Below are positions 41,228 through 51,974 of a DNA stretch of 56,739 nucleotides, piece by piece (within the stretch, counting starts at the first letter, position 1; the number at the start of each line of letters is the position of its first letter). The notes beneath the pieces are model-generated. The model was not told where the DNA came from, did no database searches, and worked only from the letters and a program-made list of their open reading frames with translations. Both the position numbers and the translations under genes were made by a program. The stretch lies in contig CAVOMX010000003.1 in assembly GCA_963697165.1 (NCBI GenBank), positions 1-56,739 of the forward strand, read 5' to 3'. This DNA is from Candidatus Bathyarchaeota archaeon (lineage in GTDB: Archaea > Thermoproteota > Bathyarchaeia > Bathyarchaeales > Bathyarchaeaceae).

Positions 41228-43928
41228 ATGTCAATATCGATAAACAAAACCAAAATAACCGCAATAATCATTATGGTTCTATTAACAACTTCTACCTTTC
41301 TGTTTATGACCAATATTCCAGTACAAGCTCAGCCTGCATTAGAACAGCCAGTTAACGGACCAATACCATCTGGTGTTACACCAAGTGAAATAATTGATGT
41401 CGTTGCTTACCTTAGCTTCAGACCCAATCCCGTAGGAGTCAATCAAATCATTCTCATTAACATTTGGGTTACACCACCAACTAACGTGGAAAGAAAGCAT
41501 CAAGGATACAGCGTTACAATCAAAGATCCTTCTGGCGCTGAAGTTGTAGTTGGTCCCATGGACTCATATGAAGCTGATGCAACCATGTGGTTTGAATACT
41601 GGATCGACCAAATTGGCACCTGGACACTAAAGTTTGATTTCCCTGGAGAATATTTCCCAGCTGGAACTTACCTTAATGGAGTCCGTGTAGCAGACGGAAC
41701 ACCAGGAGGATACCATCTTGAATCAGCATACTATAAACCAGCTTCAACAGGTGAACAACAACTCGTAGTAACAGCAAGAACCAGTTCTTTCCTGGCCATT
41801 TGGAGAACCACCGACTGATTACTGGACAAGACCCGTCCATCTAGAAAACAGAGGATGGTGGCCAATTCTAGGAAACTTCCCAGCATGGGGTGTCGTTGGA
41901 GATGGACAATATTGGCCAGATGACACAAGCAAATACATAGCAAACTATGACTTCATACCATACGTCGAAGCACCAGAAACAAGTCACATTGTGTGGAAGC
42001 AACAACGCGGCATAGCAGGTATCATCGGAGGATCATTAGGGCAAATGGGTAATCTTGACAATCCTGGATCTCCTAGTGTAATCTATGCTGGAAGATGTTA
42101 CCAAACCTACAGCAAACCTGGTGTAGGAAGTGTTGCTGCCTGCTACGATTTACGTACCGGAGAGATATACTACGAAATACCAACAGCTGAAGGAGGTGTG
42201 ACTCCTAACCTCATCTCATATTCCAGAGCAACTGGTGAAGCAGTCACAGGCGCTACTCAAGATGATACCTATTCAGTAACTCTTATGTCAATAGCAGGAA
42301 ACAGATTGCGAAAAATTGATTCATACACTGGAGCAGTGACTCTAGATGTACCAGCCATGAACCCAACAACTATAGGTGGTGGATTTGATTCTAATCGTGG
42401 AGCTTTCCATAATGACCCATACGTCTTAAGCTCACAAAACAAAGGCAGCTTATTCAACGCGAACTATTATTTGATCAACTGGACAACAGCCGGAAATACT
42501 GCAAATTTCACTGAAAGAATAGTTAGCAACGTATCAGTGGGCTGGAGTACACCAAGATGGCCCGGTGGCGTATTAGGATATACAGGCAACTGCTATGATT
42601 TCGCAGCAAATGTGAACGTCTGGATGGTTGGAATTGCTACTCCCGCAACAGGCCACTATTATGGAACATGGATGAAAGGCTTTGATCTGAGCACAGGCGA
42701 AATGCTCTGGAACAAAACATTCCCCGAAACCAGATACAGTACAAGCGCTTTAATTGCTGATCACGGAAAAGTTGCTCTTGTAGTAGAAAACGGATGGTTA
42801 ATGTGTTTCAATGCTAGAACTGGCCAATTCTTATGGAAGAGCGATCGAATGGAGTATCCTTGGGCACAACCTAGCTTCGGAGCATATGCTATACAATCAG
42901 CTTATGGCATGATTTTCTGGGAAACCTACGCAGGAGTATATGCATTTAATTGGGACGACGGAAGCATAGAATGGCTCTACAAAGCACCAAGCGTACCATA
43001 CGAAACTCCATACGCTGGCTATATGTCCTTCAACTCTGGTGGCTGGGTTGCAGACGGAAAGCTTTACACCGTCAATAGTGAACATACGACCACTTGGCCT
43101 TACCCCCGAGGGTGGAAGATTCATTGCATCGATGCCTTTACTGGCGAGGGTATATGGAATTTAACCGGAGCAGCAAGTCCAGGTGCAATAGCTGACGGAT
43201 ATCTTGTGGCTGCCAACTCTGGTGATGGTTACATGTACGTCTTTGGCAAAGGTAAAACTGATACGACAGTCTCGGCCCCAGAAATTAGTGTACCAAAGGG
43301 AACGGCTGTATTGATCCAAGGCAGTGTTCTTGATCAGTCTCCTGCTCAGCCAGGTACGCCATGTGTATCCAAAGAATCGATGGCTACACAAATGGAATAC
43401 TTGCACATGCAACTTCCAATTGATGGCATTTGGCACAATGAAACAATAAACGGAGTTACAGTCACGTTAACCGCTATTGATGAAGACAGCAACTACATTG
43501 ACATTGGCACAGCTATAACTGAAGGATATTACGGCACATTCACCAAGGCATGGACTCCACCAGAAGAAGGTGTATACAAAATTATTGCATCATTCCCTGG
43601 TGATGATTCTTATGGCAGTTCGGGAGCAACATGTGGGCTTCTAATCGGTCCGGCACCATCACCTGCAGGTCCAATAGAGCCTGAGCCATCGCCTTCGCCG
43701 TCACCGTCTCCTTCACCTTCGCCATCGCCTGAGCCATCGCCTTCACCTTCGCCATCGCCTGAGCCATCGCCTGAGCCATCGCCTGAGCCATCGCCTGAGC
43801 CATCGCCTTCACCAGAGCCAACCCCTGAAACACCATTGATAACCACTGAAGTAGCAATCATCGCAGCAGTCGCAATCGCCAGTATAATTGGCGCAGTCAG
43901 CTTCTGGGCACTAAAGAAACGAAAATAA
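41228..43928 (+). CDS. Large PQQ-binding-like beta-propeller surface protein with Pro/Ser/Glu linker and C-terminal TM anchor (frameshifts near 41770-41810)
   Basis: Signal peptide, SFRPNPVGVNQ, YWTRPV..NR.WW in the bridging frame, propeller blades, GTPCVSKESM..MEYLH, TM + KKRK. Confidence 0.85.
43676..43830 (+). repeat. Coding tandem repeat (CCTGAGCCATCG / CCTTCA units) encoding a PS/PE stalk
   Basis: EPEPSPSPSPSPSPSPEPSPSPSPSPEPSPEPSPEPSPEPSPSPEPTPE. Confidence 0.92.
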
Positions 43929-43985
43929 ATCAAAATTTTCCCTCCCCTTTTTTTGGGGGAGTAAACGATTAAGGAATGAAGGGGC

Positions 43986-44630
43986 TGAAAAGGCTCGACC
44001 ACAGGAAGTGTGAAACATGATTCTCCTCCATTGTGGTTGGAATCGTTTCATGCACTCATCAACAAACGCCTGTGTGAGACCCTCAGATACCCCTTCTTCA
44101 TTTAGATTATCCATAACTGCCCCTTTTTTGTGGAGTAATAAGTTACGATTTTGTAGATTTGAAGGAGGATTGGATTGGCTAAAATGAAAAAGAGAATAGA
44201 TGGCATTATTTGGTTTCTTGGGAGGTTTGTCGATGGGGGGTCGGAAGCGAAAGAGCGGAGTTTGGCATCATCGGGTTCCCGATTTTAAACTTGTCTATTG
44301 CGGACCAAAAGAGAGCTTTCCAGAGAAAGAAACAAATTTTACTCTTAAAAAAGACGTCTCCGAAATAACAAAACATCACGATTTAGCGGAATGCAGAAAG
44401 CAACAACAGAAGACAATTGATTAACATTTTGGAACGTTGTTCATTAATTTGAAAAATGTGAAGCATTAGAAAATATTCTCTTTTTGTGGGATTACAAAGT
44501 TTGATGAATAAAGTGGGTTGAAAAGGCTCAAACACAGGAAAAATGAAACATCATTCCCCTTTTAGCAATTGTCTGGAAATGTTTCATATACTCATCAACA
44601 ACTGTGCTAAAGCCTCTGCAAACCCTTCTC
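43986..44630. repeat. Two diverged direct copies of a ~120-140 bp element
   Basis: TGAAAAGGCTC..CACAGGAA..TGAAACAT.ATTC..GTTTCAT..ACTCATCAACAA starts at 43986 and again at 44519. Confidence 0.75.
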
Positions 44631-45015
44631 TTTTTGTTTTTCCAAAATTAATCATTTATTAAATAAACGTTTTAAGAACGAGAATTTTGAACCGTAACCA
44701 GGGATAGATTAAATTAGCTTTTAGGTGAATTAACAACTGTAAGTTGGTTTTTTAACTATCTGATTACTCAAACCTACGAAATTCCATTTTCTGCCGCAGC
44801 CCTCATAAGTTACCTTCTTTTCGCACATCAATTACCACCAGCTAACCACAAGGACAAAAAAAGGTGGGAGCGTTTGATGTAAGCACGCTATTTTATAATG
44901 ACCACTGAAATTTTTATTCCTCCGGGTGCCAAATTCTGTTCTCTAAACCAAAAAAGGGGGGAATGGGGAACTTCGGGGGATTTCCGCAATAGAAAGCATT
45001 TAAAATAAAACTTCT

Positions 45016-45027
45016 GTAACTAGTTAC
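45016..45027. promoter_or_regulatory. Perfect palindrome GTAACTAGTTAC between the TATA box and the sepF start
   Basis: 12-bp palindrome downstream of TTTAAAAT and 15 nt before the start. Confidence 0.4.
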
Positions 45028-45041
45028 GGAAGTGACATCAT

Positions 45042-45332
45042 TTGTCAACATCAGAACGGGAAAACGAAAAAAATCAAAAGAAAGCCTACCTGAAAGCTAT
45101 GCCCCTGCGAAACCTTGCTGACGTAGAAGTTATCAAACACGAACTTAACTTGGGAAATATAATAATCCTCAAAATCACTCCTCTTGCCCAAAAAAGCATT
45201 GAAGATGTCAAGAATGCTGTGAACGAACTTGCCGTTTTCACTCAATCCATCGGAGGCGACATGGCCAGTCTCGGAGAAGAACGGGTGGTTATTGTTCCAA
45301 ACTCGATCAGAATCTGGCGTCAAGCAATCTGA
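45042..45332 (+). CDS. sepF: Archaeal SepF (DUF552) family protein
   Basis: GNIIILKITPL..VK.AVNEL..F..SIGGDMA.LGEERVVIVP..IRIW. Confidence 0.88.
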   Translation: MSTSERENEKNQKKAYLKAMPLRNLADVEVIKHELNLGNIIILKITPLAQKSIEDVKNAVNELAVFTQSIGGDMASLGEERVVIVPNSIRIWRQAI

Positions 45333-45349
45333 TGTCTCTAAAAATGTAC

Positions 45350-47272
45350 CTACCGCAGCTTAATTGTTTCTAGAACTCTGGAACAAGAGACTCCACATTA
45401 TATTTTCTCTTGAAAAGGTTAGCCATACTCATGCTCTTCGTTTTTTCTCCGTGAAGAACAATGATTCTTTCAGGCTTTGGCTTCAACCGTTGAATGTAGT
45501 TGACAAGTTGTCTCCTGTCAGAGTGACCAGAAAATCCTCTAACAGATCTCAACCTGCATCTCAACCTTCATGACTTCCATCTTTCCGTTGCTGTTTATGA
45601 GTGGAACATCAGACTAGGCCCTTCTGAACCGTCGATCCCATAGTTCCATCAATCTGGTAGCTGACAAAAATTATTGTGTTACGTTTATCGCCTGCTAAAC
45701 GTTTGAAGTAATCGATTACTGGTCCGCCTTCCAGCATGCCTGAGGTTGCCAAGATTATGCATTGGTCACCGTTCACGATTTCTTCTCTTGCGCTGGGGTG
45801 CTCAACAATGGTGAAGTAGTCCGACTGGAACGGATTAATTCCCTCATAAAGGATGTTGTTTCTTACGTCTTTAGCCAAATACTCAGGATATGCAGTGTGA
45901 ATCGCGGTAGCTTCAGAAATCATGCCTTCCACAAAAACTGGCGCCTCTTTTAGTAGTCCCCGCCGCATGTAATCGTCGATAATCAGCATAATCTCTTGTG
46001 CTCTTCCCACTGCAGGAACTGGAATCAAAACTTTTCCTTGCCTGTCTAACGTTTGGTTAATTATGTCTGTGATTCGCTGTTCGGATTCTGCTCTTGTCGG
46101 CATGATGTCTTCAGGAGCACCGTACGTGCTTTCCGTTATTATTGTCTCTACCCGCGGAAATGTGGCAACTGCGGGTTCAAGAAGCATCGACTTACCATAC
46201 TTGTAGTCTCCAGTATAAACCAGATTGTGGAGTCCCTCGCCTATGTGAAGATGAACCACAGTGATGAGCCAAGGATGTGACCAGAATTGTGTAGAGTCAA
46301 ACGAATGTCCGGAGCGATATCAGTTACAGATCCATAACGCTTAGAGGAATCGTATGCATAACTGTGTCTCTTACGTCCTTTTGACTATACGGCGGCATGG
46401 ATCCCTTGTTTGTTCGCAACATCCAAGTAATCCAACTGAAGCAGGGTCATGAGACTCGAAGTAGGAGCCGAACAGTAGACTGGTCCATCATAACCATATT
46501 TGAAAAGAAACGGGAGAAATCCACAATGATCCAGATGAGCATGGCTTATAACCACAGCGTCTAGAGCATCCAAATCAAACTGGGGCGTATCCAATCTTGG
46601 AAATGCTACCATGGGTCTTGTAGACCCCGGGTTGATGCCACAATCCAGCAACACATTGCTTTCGTTTGTTTGAACAAGAATCGCTGATCTTCCCACTTGC
46701 CGGAAACCGCCCAAGGCAGTCATACGGACATCACCAGTCTCATTGACTGCGGGTCTAAAAATTCGTTCACCAATAGAACGCAGTATCCTTTCTCTTTCTT
46801 TGCTTTCTGAGTAAAGAAAATGTCGCATGTGAGCTATAATTTTGGAGGGTATGGGTGGGCTTCTTAGAATTCGGGGTCGCCAGCGTGTCTGTCTTATTAT
46901 GTTCTGCAGGACCTCTCCATTTTTTCCAATAACTATTCCTGGCTTTTTTGCCTCGATAATTACTTCTCCGAGGCTTGGGTCAAAATTTATGTTTGTAATT
47001 TCTGCCTCTTCTGAGACAATCTCTTTTATGATTCGTTCCGTTTCCCTTTCTTTAGCTCTGATAGAAGGATCAGAACGCACAACTATCCTTTTTCTGATAA
47101 GCTTGACAATCTCTGCGATTACGAAACTTTGTTCAACTAGAACCTCAGGCTTTTTGGTATAAACAGCAAGGGCTGGTCCCTCATATTCTATGCGCGTGAC
47201 TTCAGCCTCTGGAGGTATCTTCTCCAGTATATGTTGGCTTATGTCAACTTGGTCTTTTCCAGATGATTTCAA
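45350..47272 (-). CDS. fttA: aCPSF1/FttA beta-CASP ribonuclease with KH domains (several indels)
   Basis: [61 protein letters not shown] across four ORF pieces; follows psmB. Confidence 0.93.
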
Positions 47273-47289
47273 ACCTTATTTTTCGCTCC

Positions 47290-47922
47290 TCAGGAGCCTG
47301 CTAGAATCCCCTTCTTTTCTTCAGTGCTCAGCGCACGATAGCCATCTTTTGTTATGACTGCTATGTCAAAGTTGTTTCCACTTGCTATGTCTCTCTTCAT
47401 TGCTGCGTCAACAGCCCGCACAACAACCGGCAACACTTCTTCTATTGTAGAGTCTTCCTTGAATTTGTCTTCCAAAACTCCGTAGGCTATTGGAGAACCT
47501 GATCCTGTGGCGACACATTTCTCTTCTGTGAGACTACCAAAAGGATCCAACGAGAAAACATGAGGTCCTGTAGAGTCAACTCCTCCAACGAGAATCTGAG
47601 CCATTAGTCCTCCACGTGCAGAAAAGAGGACATTTGCGACTAGACGAGATGCAGATTGTATTGGCATGGGTCTGCCAATGTTTAGTTTGTAAAGTTTCGC
47701 GTTAACCTTGAGCACTTCAACGACATACTGTGCGTCTGCGACGCCACCTGAAATTGTCATGGCAATATGGTCATCTATCTGGTAGATCTTCTTTCCTTGC
47801 TTGTGAGCTACGAAATATCCCATTGTAACACGCGTATCTGAAGATAAGATAACGCCGTCGGTGCAAACTACGCCGACTGTTGTTGTTCCTTTTAATGCTA
47901 ATTTCTCAATGTTTTCATGCAT
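47290..47922 (-). CDS. psmB: Proteasome beta subunit
   Basis: Propeptide then G|TTTVG, ATGSGS.IAYGVLE, RDIASG. Confidence 0.97.
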   Translation of the reverse strand: MHENIEKLALKGTTTVGVVCTDGVILSSDTRVTMGYFVAHKQGKKIYQIDDHIAMTISGGVADAQYVVEVLKVNAKLYKLNIGRPMPIQSASRLVANVLFSARGGLMAQILVGGVDSTGPHVFSLDPFGSLTEEKCVATGSGSPIAYGVLEDKFKEDSTIEEVLPVVVRAVDAAMKRDIASGNNFDIAVITKDGYRALSTEEKKGILAGS

Positions 47923-48094
47923 TTTTGTGTCCCCCGAAAATGTATATACAGCAGAATGACTCGGGAGAAGTCAGAGGTGTATATACATATTTGTCGTATT
48001 TAAAAACATTTCGAAACAACATTGTATATTGTTGGTACTGTTCGTTTTGGCTGTGTGAACCCTGAAACTTAATAGGGAACCCTTTATCATATCC

Positions 48095-49162
48095 GTGATT
48101 GCATTGAAAATGCAGTTACATCGAATGCAGCTTCCCCGTGAAGTTGTTGTTGGAAATGAAACTTTACCTCTGTTAAGCGAGATTTGCAAGAAGTTGGGCT
48201 TTTGCGAATCCACTCTTGTAGTGACGGGTCCAGATACCAAAAATATAGCTGGTCAAATGGTTATCGATTTGCTCAGCGACAAGGGAATGGACGTTGACGC
48301 TTTTGTTGTAAACTCTCCGACCCTATGGGAAGTAAATGCTGTTGAAGAAAGAATTAAGGAATTGAAGCCTCATGTTGTTCTCGGTGTTGGCGGTGGAACT
48401 AAGATTGATGTTGCAAAACTGAGTTCTACTCGTCAGGGAATTGCTTTCATTAGTGTTCCGACAACTGCCTCTCATGATGGTATTGCGAGTCCTGTTGCTG
48501 CAGTCAAGGGCTTGAATAAGCCTTACTCGGTGATGGCTCAGTCTCCCATGGCGATAGTGGCGGACACGGACATTATTATTCGTTCAGATTACCGTTTTAC
48601 AGCGAGCGGGTGCGGAGACCTTGTGTCCAAGTTTACGTCTGTTCGAGACTGGGAACTATCCCACAAAGTAAAGAATGAGTATTATGGCGAGTACGCAGCG
48701 AGTTTGGCTTTGATGAGTGCACGGCTTATTACAAAAAACGCTGATATAATAAATCCTGGATCAGAGGAGGGTCTTCGTCTTGTTTTGGAGGCTCTGATAA
48801 GCTGTGGGGTTGCTATGAGCATCGCGGGAAGCAGTAAACCCTGTAGCGGTTCTGAGCATCTGTTTGGCCATTCTCTTGATTTGATTGAACCGAACGGATC
48901 TCTTCATGGAGAACGTTGTGGTGTTGGAACAATAATGATGGCTTACTTGTATGACATAGACTGGAATGGCATCAAGGATACGCTTCAAAAGGCTGGTGCT
49001 CCAACAACAGCTGAAGAGCTTGGCGTTGAACCTGAGTCCATCATTAATGCTTTGGTGCAAGCCTGCACTATCCGTCCAGAAAGATACACGATTTTGAATA
49101 CAAAACAGCTGGATTACGATTCTGCCAAGAACCTAGCCAAAGTCACCGGTGTAATCCCCTAG
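48095..49162 (+). CDS. egsA: Glycerol-1-phosphate dehydrogenase
   Basis: GVGGG..IDVAK, PTTASHDGIASP, SGSEHLF.H, HGE.CG, RPERYTIL. Confidence 0.97.
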   Translation: MIALKMQLHRMQLPREVVVGNETLPLLSEICKKLGFCESTLVVTGPDTKNIAGQMVIDLLSDKGMDVDAFVVNSPTLWEVNAVEERIKELKPHVVLGVGGGTKIDVAKLSSTRQGIAFISVPTTASHDGIASPVAAVKGLNKPYSVMAQSPMAIVADTDIIIRSDYRFTASGCGDLVSKFTSVRDWELSHKVKNEYYGEYAASLALMSARLITKNADIINPGSEEGLRLVLEALISCGVAMSIAGSSKPCSGSEHLFGHSLDLIEPNGSLHGERCGVGTIMMAYLYDIDWNGIKDTLQKAGAPTTAEELGVEPESIINALVQACTIRPERYTILNTKQLDYDSAKNLAKVTGVIP

Positions 49163-49227
49163 ATTGCACCCAAAAGTAAGTTACTTGCCTTTTGTTATGC
49201 TACCCTTTTTTGTTGCGAGAAAATTTG

Positions 49228-49413
49228 TTTAGGTCTCCTCGTTCTTCGGCTTGCTCAATTATGTATATGGTGATTATTCTTTGATGCTTCACTTGGGTTA
49301 ACATATTCCACTTTCGCGTAGATGTTCGCTATCAATGTGCTGAATGCTCCTTCTGGGTTGTTCAGTTAGATGAGTGGTGTGTTTTCAACAAAATCTAAAA
49401 TTGACTTCGACAA
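49228..49413 (-). pseudogene. cysK: N-terminal remnant of a cysteine synthase/CBS-family gene
   Basis: SILDFVENTPLI*LNN..ANIYAKVEYVNPS..SIK..IYIIEQAEERGDL; stop at 49366-49368, indels, truncated. Confidence 0.75.
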
Positions 49414-49543
49414 TGTGAACTCATTCCCTGAACGCTGACGATTTGTTATTCTATTAAAAATTTCTATTTTTGGTTCTAATAATTGTTCATTTCCAATTTT
49501 GATGTATTCTTTCACCGAAACTTACAGATTCAAGTAAAACCTA

Positions 49544-50599
49544 ATGCTTGTACATCAGCATAAAATGGGTAGAGTGAAAAGTTTGGTTAAATCTGACAAA
49601 TTATTAGCTCTAGAAAGAATGCATAAGCAGAAAACATGTTTCGCGGGTTTTCCCACTCCTCTGCAGAGAATGCCCCGCCTCTCAAAGGCTCTAGGGGGTC
49701 CAAGACTCTTCGTTAAACGGGACGATATGACTGACCTGGCCTTTGGAGGCAACAAGGCACGGAAACTGGAGTTTCTTTTTGCCGACGCCCAAAATAAAGG
49801 CGCTGATGTAGTAGTCTCTACGGGTGCGGTTCAGTCAAACTGTGCCTGCATGGTTGCCTCTGCTGCTAGACGGTTTGGCATGAAGCCTGTGCTGGTTCTT
49901 GTTGGAAAAGAGCCTGATGTGTATGATGGGAATCTGCTTTTGGATAAACTGTTGTCTGCAGAGATTCATTTTATAGACAGTTATGGTCAACATGTTGAAG
50001 ATTTGATGAACCGTTTAGCTGAAGAATTTAGGGCCAAGGGGCACAATCCATACATCATTCCTGTTGGTGCCTCAACCCCATCTACTGTACCCGGATACGC
50101 CCTTGCCATGGAAGAACTGGTCAACCAATTCAATGGAATCAGAGAAAAGATTGACTATGTTGTCTGCGCTTGTGGAACGGGAGGAACCCAAGCCGGTCTA
50201 ATTTTTGGAAATAAACTACTAGATGTCAAAGCCAAAATTTTGGGCGCAAGCGTTTTTGCAAGCAAGATAGATGCATCCAGAACTGTTGCTCAACTGGTTA
50301 ATAGCTCAGCAAAGCTTCTTGACGTTGACTTATCCATAGTTCCTGAAAAGGTTTCTGTCTTTGATGACTACATCAAGGAAGGCTACGGTATATTGAATAG
50401 CGAGGTTACTGATGCACTCAAAATTGTGGCTGAGACTGAAGGAATCTTATTAGATCCAATCTACACTGGCAAAGCAATGGCAATGCTGATTGACTTGATC
50501 CAGAAGGACTACTTCAAAAAAGGCGACAACGTAGTATTCTTTCACACAGGCGGACTCCCAGCACTATTCCTATACAGAAACAAACTTAGTAGAGCTTAA
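49544..50599 (+). CDS. D-cysteine desulfhydrase/ACC deaminase-family PLP enzyme
   Basis: PTPL..RLS, KRDD..FGGNKARKL, QSN, GTGGTQAG, LDPIYTGKA, HTGG. Confidence 0.92.
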   Translation: MLVHQHKMGRVKSLVKSDKLLALERMHKQKTCFAGFPTPLQRMPRLSKALGGPRLFVKRDDMTDLAFGGNKARKLEFLFADAQNKGADVVVSTGAVQSNCACMVASAARRFGMKPVLVLVGKEPDVYDGNLLLDKLLSAEIHFIDSYGQHVEDLMNRLAEEFRAKGHNPYIIPVGASTPSTVPGYALAMEELVNQFNGIREKIDYVVCACGTGGTQAGLIFGNKLLDVKAKILGASVFASKIDASRTVAQLVNSSAKLLDVDLSIVPEKVSVFDDYIKEGYGILNSEVTDALKIVAETEGILLDPIYTGKAMAMLIDLIQKDYFKKGDNVVFFHTGGLPALFLYRNKLSRA

Positions 50600-50729
50600 A
50601 AAAAATTATCATATAATGATTGAATAACCGATTGATATTATCTGCTTCTTTTCTTCCTCTACCTTGTTCTGCTTCTCCTAAATGTGAATAAAAGGTTTAA
50701 TATTCCCTTTTTGTTGTTTTACTTTTTAG

Positions 50730-51818
50730 GTGTTAATGTTGAAGTTGTTTACTGTTGGTCCTGTTGCCTGCTATCCTGAGGTTCTGGAAGCGATGGGACA
50801 GCAGATGATTAGTCATCGTAGCGAAGAATACAAGACCCTGCATGTTGAAACTGTGGAGATGCTGCAGAGGTTCCTAACGACAGAAAGTGAGGTTTTCCTG
50901 TTTTCTAGCACAGGCTCAGGATTCATGGAGGCGTCGGTAAGGAACTGCGTAAACAAGAAGATGCTCTGCTGTGTATGTGGAAGCTTCGGCAAACGATACG
51001 CAGAAGTAGCAGTCGCAAACGGAAAACAGGTTGAAACACTCGAGGTTCCCCTAGGTGAACCCATTACCGCCGCTTTGCTGGATCAAAAATTATCTGAAGT
51101 TCCAACTGTTGAGGCTGTTTCTATAACTCACAACGAAACAAGCGTCGGGCTTCTTAACCCGTTAGAGAAGCTTGCTGAGGTCGTAAAAAATCATGGCAAA
51201 TTACTGTTTGTTGATGCCGTAAGCTCTATGGGCGGAACTGACATAGAAGTTGACAAGTGGGGCTTGGATGTCTGTTTTTCGAGCTCCCAGAAATGTTTTG
51301 GTGTTCCTCCAGGTCTTGGCATTGGAAGCGTAAGCGTTGATGCTCTGAAAAAATCTGAGACTGCACAGAATAAGGGCTGGTACTTTGATTTCAAGGTATG
51401 GGAGAAGCATCAAAAAAAGCAGGGTACACCCATGACATCTGTTATTCCCCAGATTGCTGGCTTGAACAGAATCCTTAAGATAATAGATGGGACTGGCGGA
51501 AAAACTGCGTTCTTTGATTTGTATTCTGAGCGTAACAGTCGGATTCGAGATGGAATAAAGAAGTTGGGGCTATCCATGTTTCCTAGGAGCGGTTATGAGA
51601 GCCCGACAGTAAATTGTGTAAAATCTCCGGTTGGCATTGATGGGCTTGAGGTTTATGAGCGTATGCGCATGGAAGGGTTTGAGCTTGCCGAGGGCTATGG
51701 AACCATAAAGAACAGCACCTTCAGGATAGGCAACATGGGCTACATCGAGTCTGAGGACATCAACTCTATGCTGGAATCCCTAGCTATAATCTTGGCTGGT
51801 CTTGGATGGGAACGTTAG
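50730..51818 (+). CDS. Class V aminotransferase (alanine/serine-glyoxylate type; possible archaeal SerC)
   Basis: GPV, SHRS, HNETS.G, VDAVSS, SSQKC..PPGL, FRIGNMG. Confidence 0.9.
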   Translation: MLMLKLFTVGPVACYPEVLEAMGQQMISHRSEEYKTLHVETVEMLQRFLTTESEVFLFSSTGSGFMEASVRNCVNKKMLCCVCGSFGKRYAEVAVANGKQVETLEVPLGEPITAALLDQKLSEVPTVEAVSITHNETSVGLLNPLEKLAEVVKNHGKLLFVDAVSSMGGTDIEVDKWGLDVCFSSSQKCFGVPPGLGIGSVSVDALKKSETAQNKGWYFDFKVWEKHQKKQGTPMTSVIPQIAGLNRILKIIDGTGGKTAFFDLYSERNSRIRDGIKKLGLSMFPRSGYESPTVNCVKSPVGIDGLEVYERMRMEGFELAEGYGTIKNSTFRIGNMGYIESEDINSMLESLAIILAGLGWER

Positions 51819-51861
51819 CTAAGGAATTATATCAATCCATAAATGCTTAAATAATCCGTTG

Positions 51862-51948
51862 AGCTCTCTCCCTGAGCTAAAGAGCTGTTTGGCATGAGGG
51901 ACAATTTCATCCATGTTCAGTGGATTTCCCAAATTGCTTGCCTAAACA
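51862..51948 (+). ncRNA. Candidate structured leader upstream of the serA-like gene
   Basis: AGCUCU/AGAGCU hairpin; UGUUUGGCA/UGCCUAAACA enclosing CAAUUU/AAAUUG and AUCCA/UGGAU. Confidence 0.35.
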
Positions 51949-51974
51949 ACAGTAAAAGTTAGTGTGAGTAAAAA

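Noticed and set aside
43676..43830. CRISPR or non-coding satellite; antisense ORFs 43582-43857 and 43610-44002
   Set aside because: The repeat is an in-frame Pro/Ser/Glu linker, and the antisense ORFs are its shadows
45350..47272. Programmed frameshifting, introns or pseudogenisation of aCPSF1 and other split genes
   Set aside because: Breaks are 1-2 nt, with no shared slippery site or bulge-helix-bulge motif, and affect unrelated essential genes; assembly error is simpler
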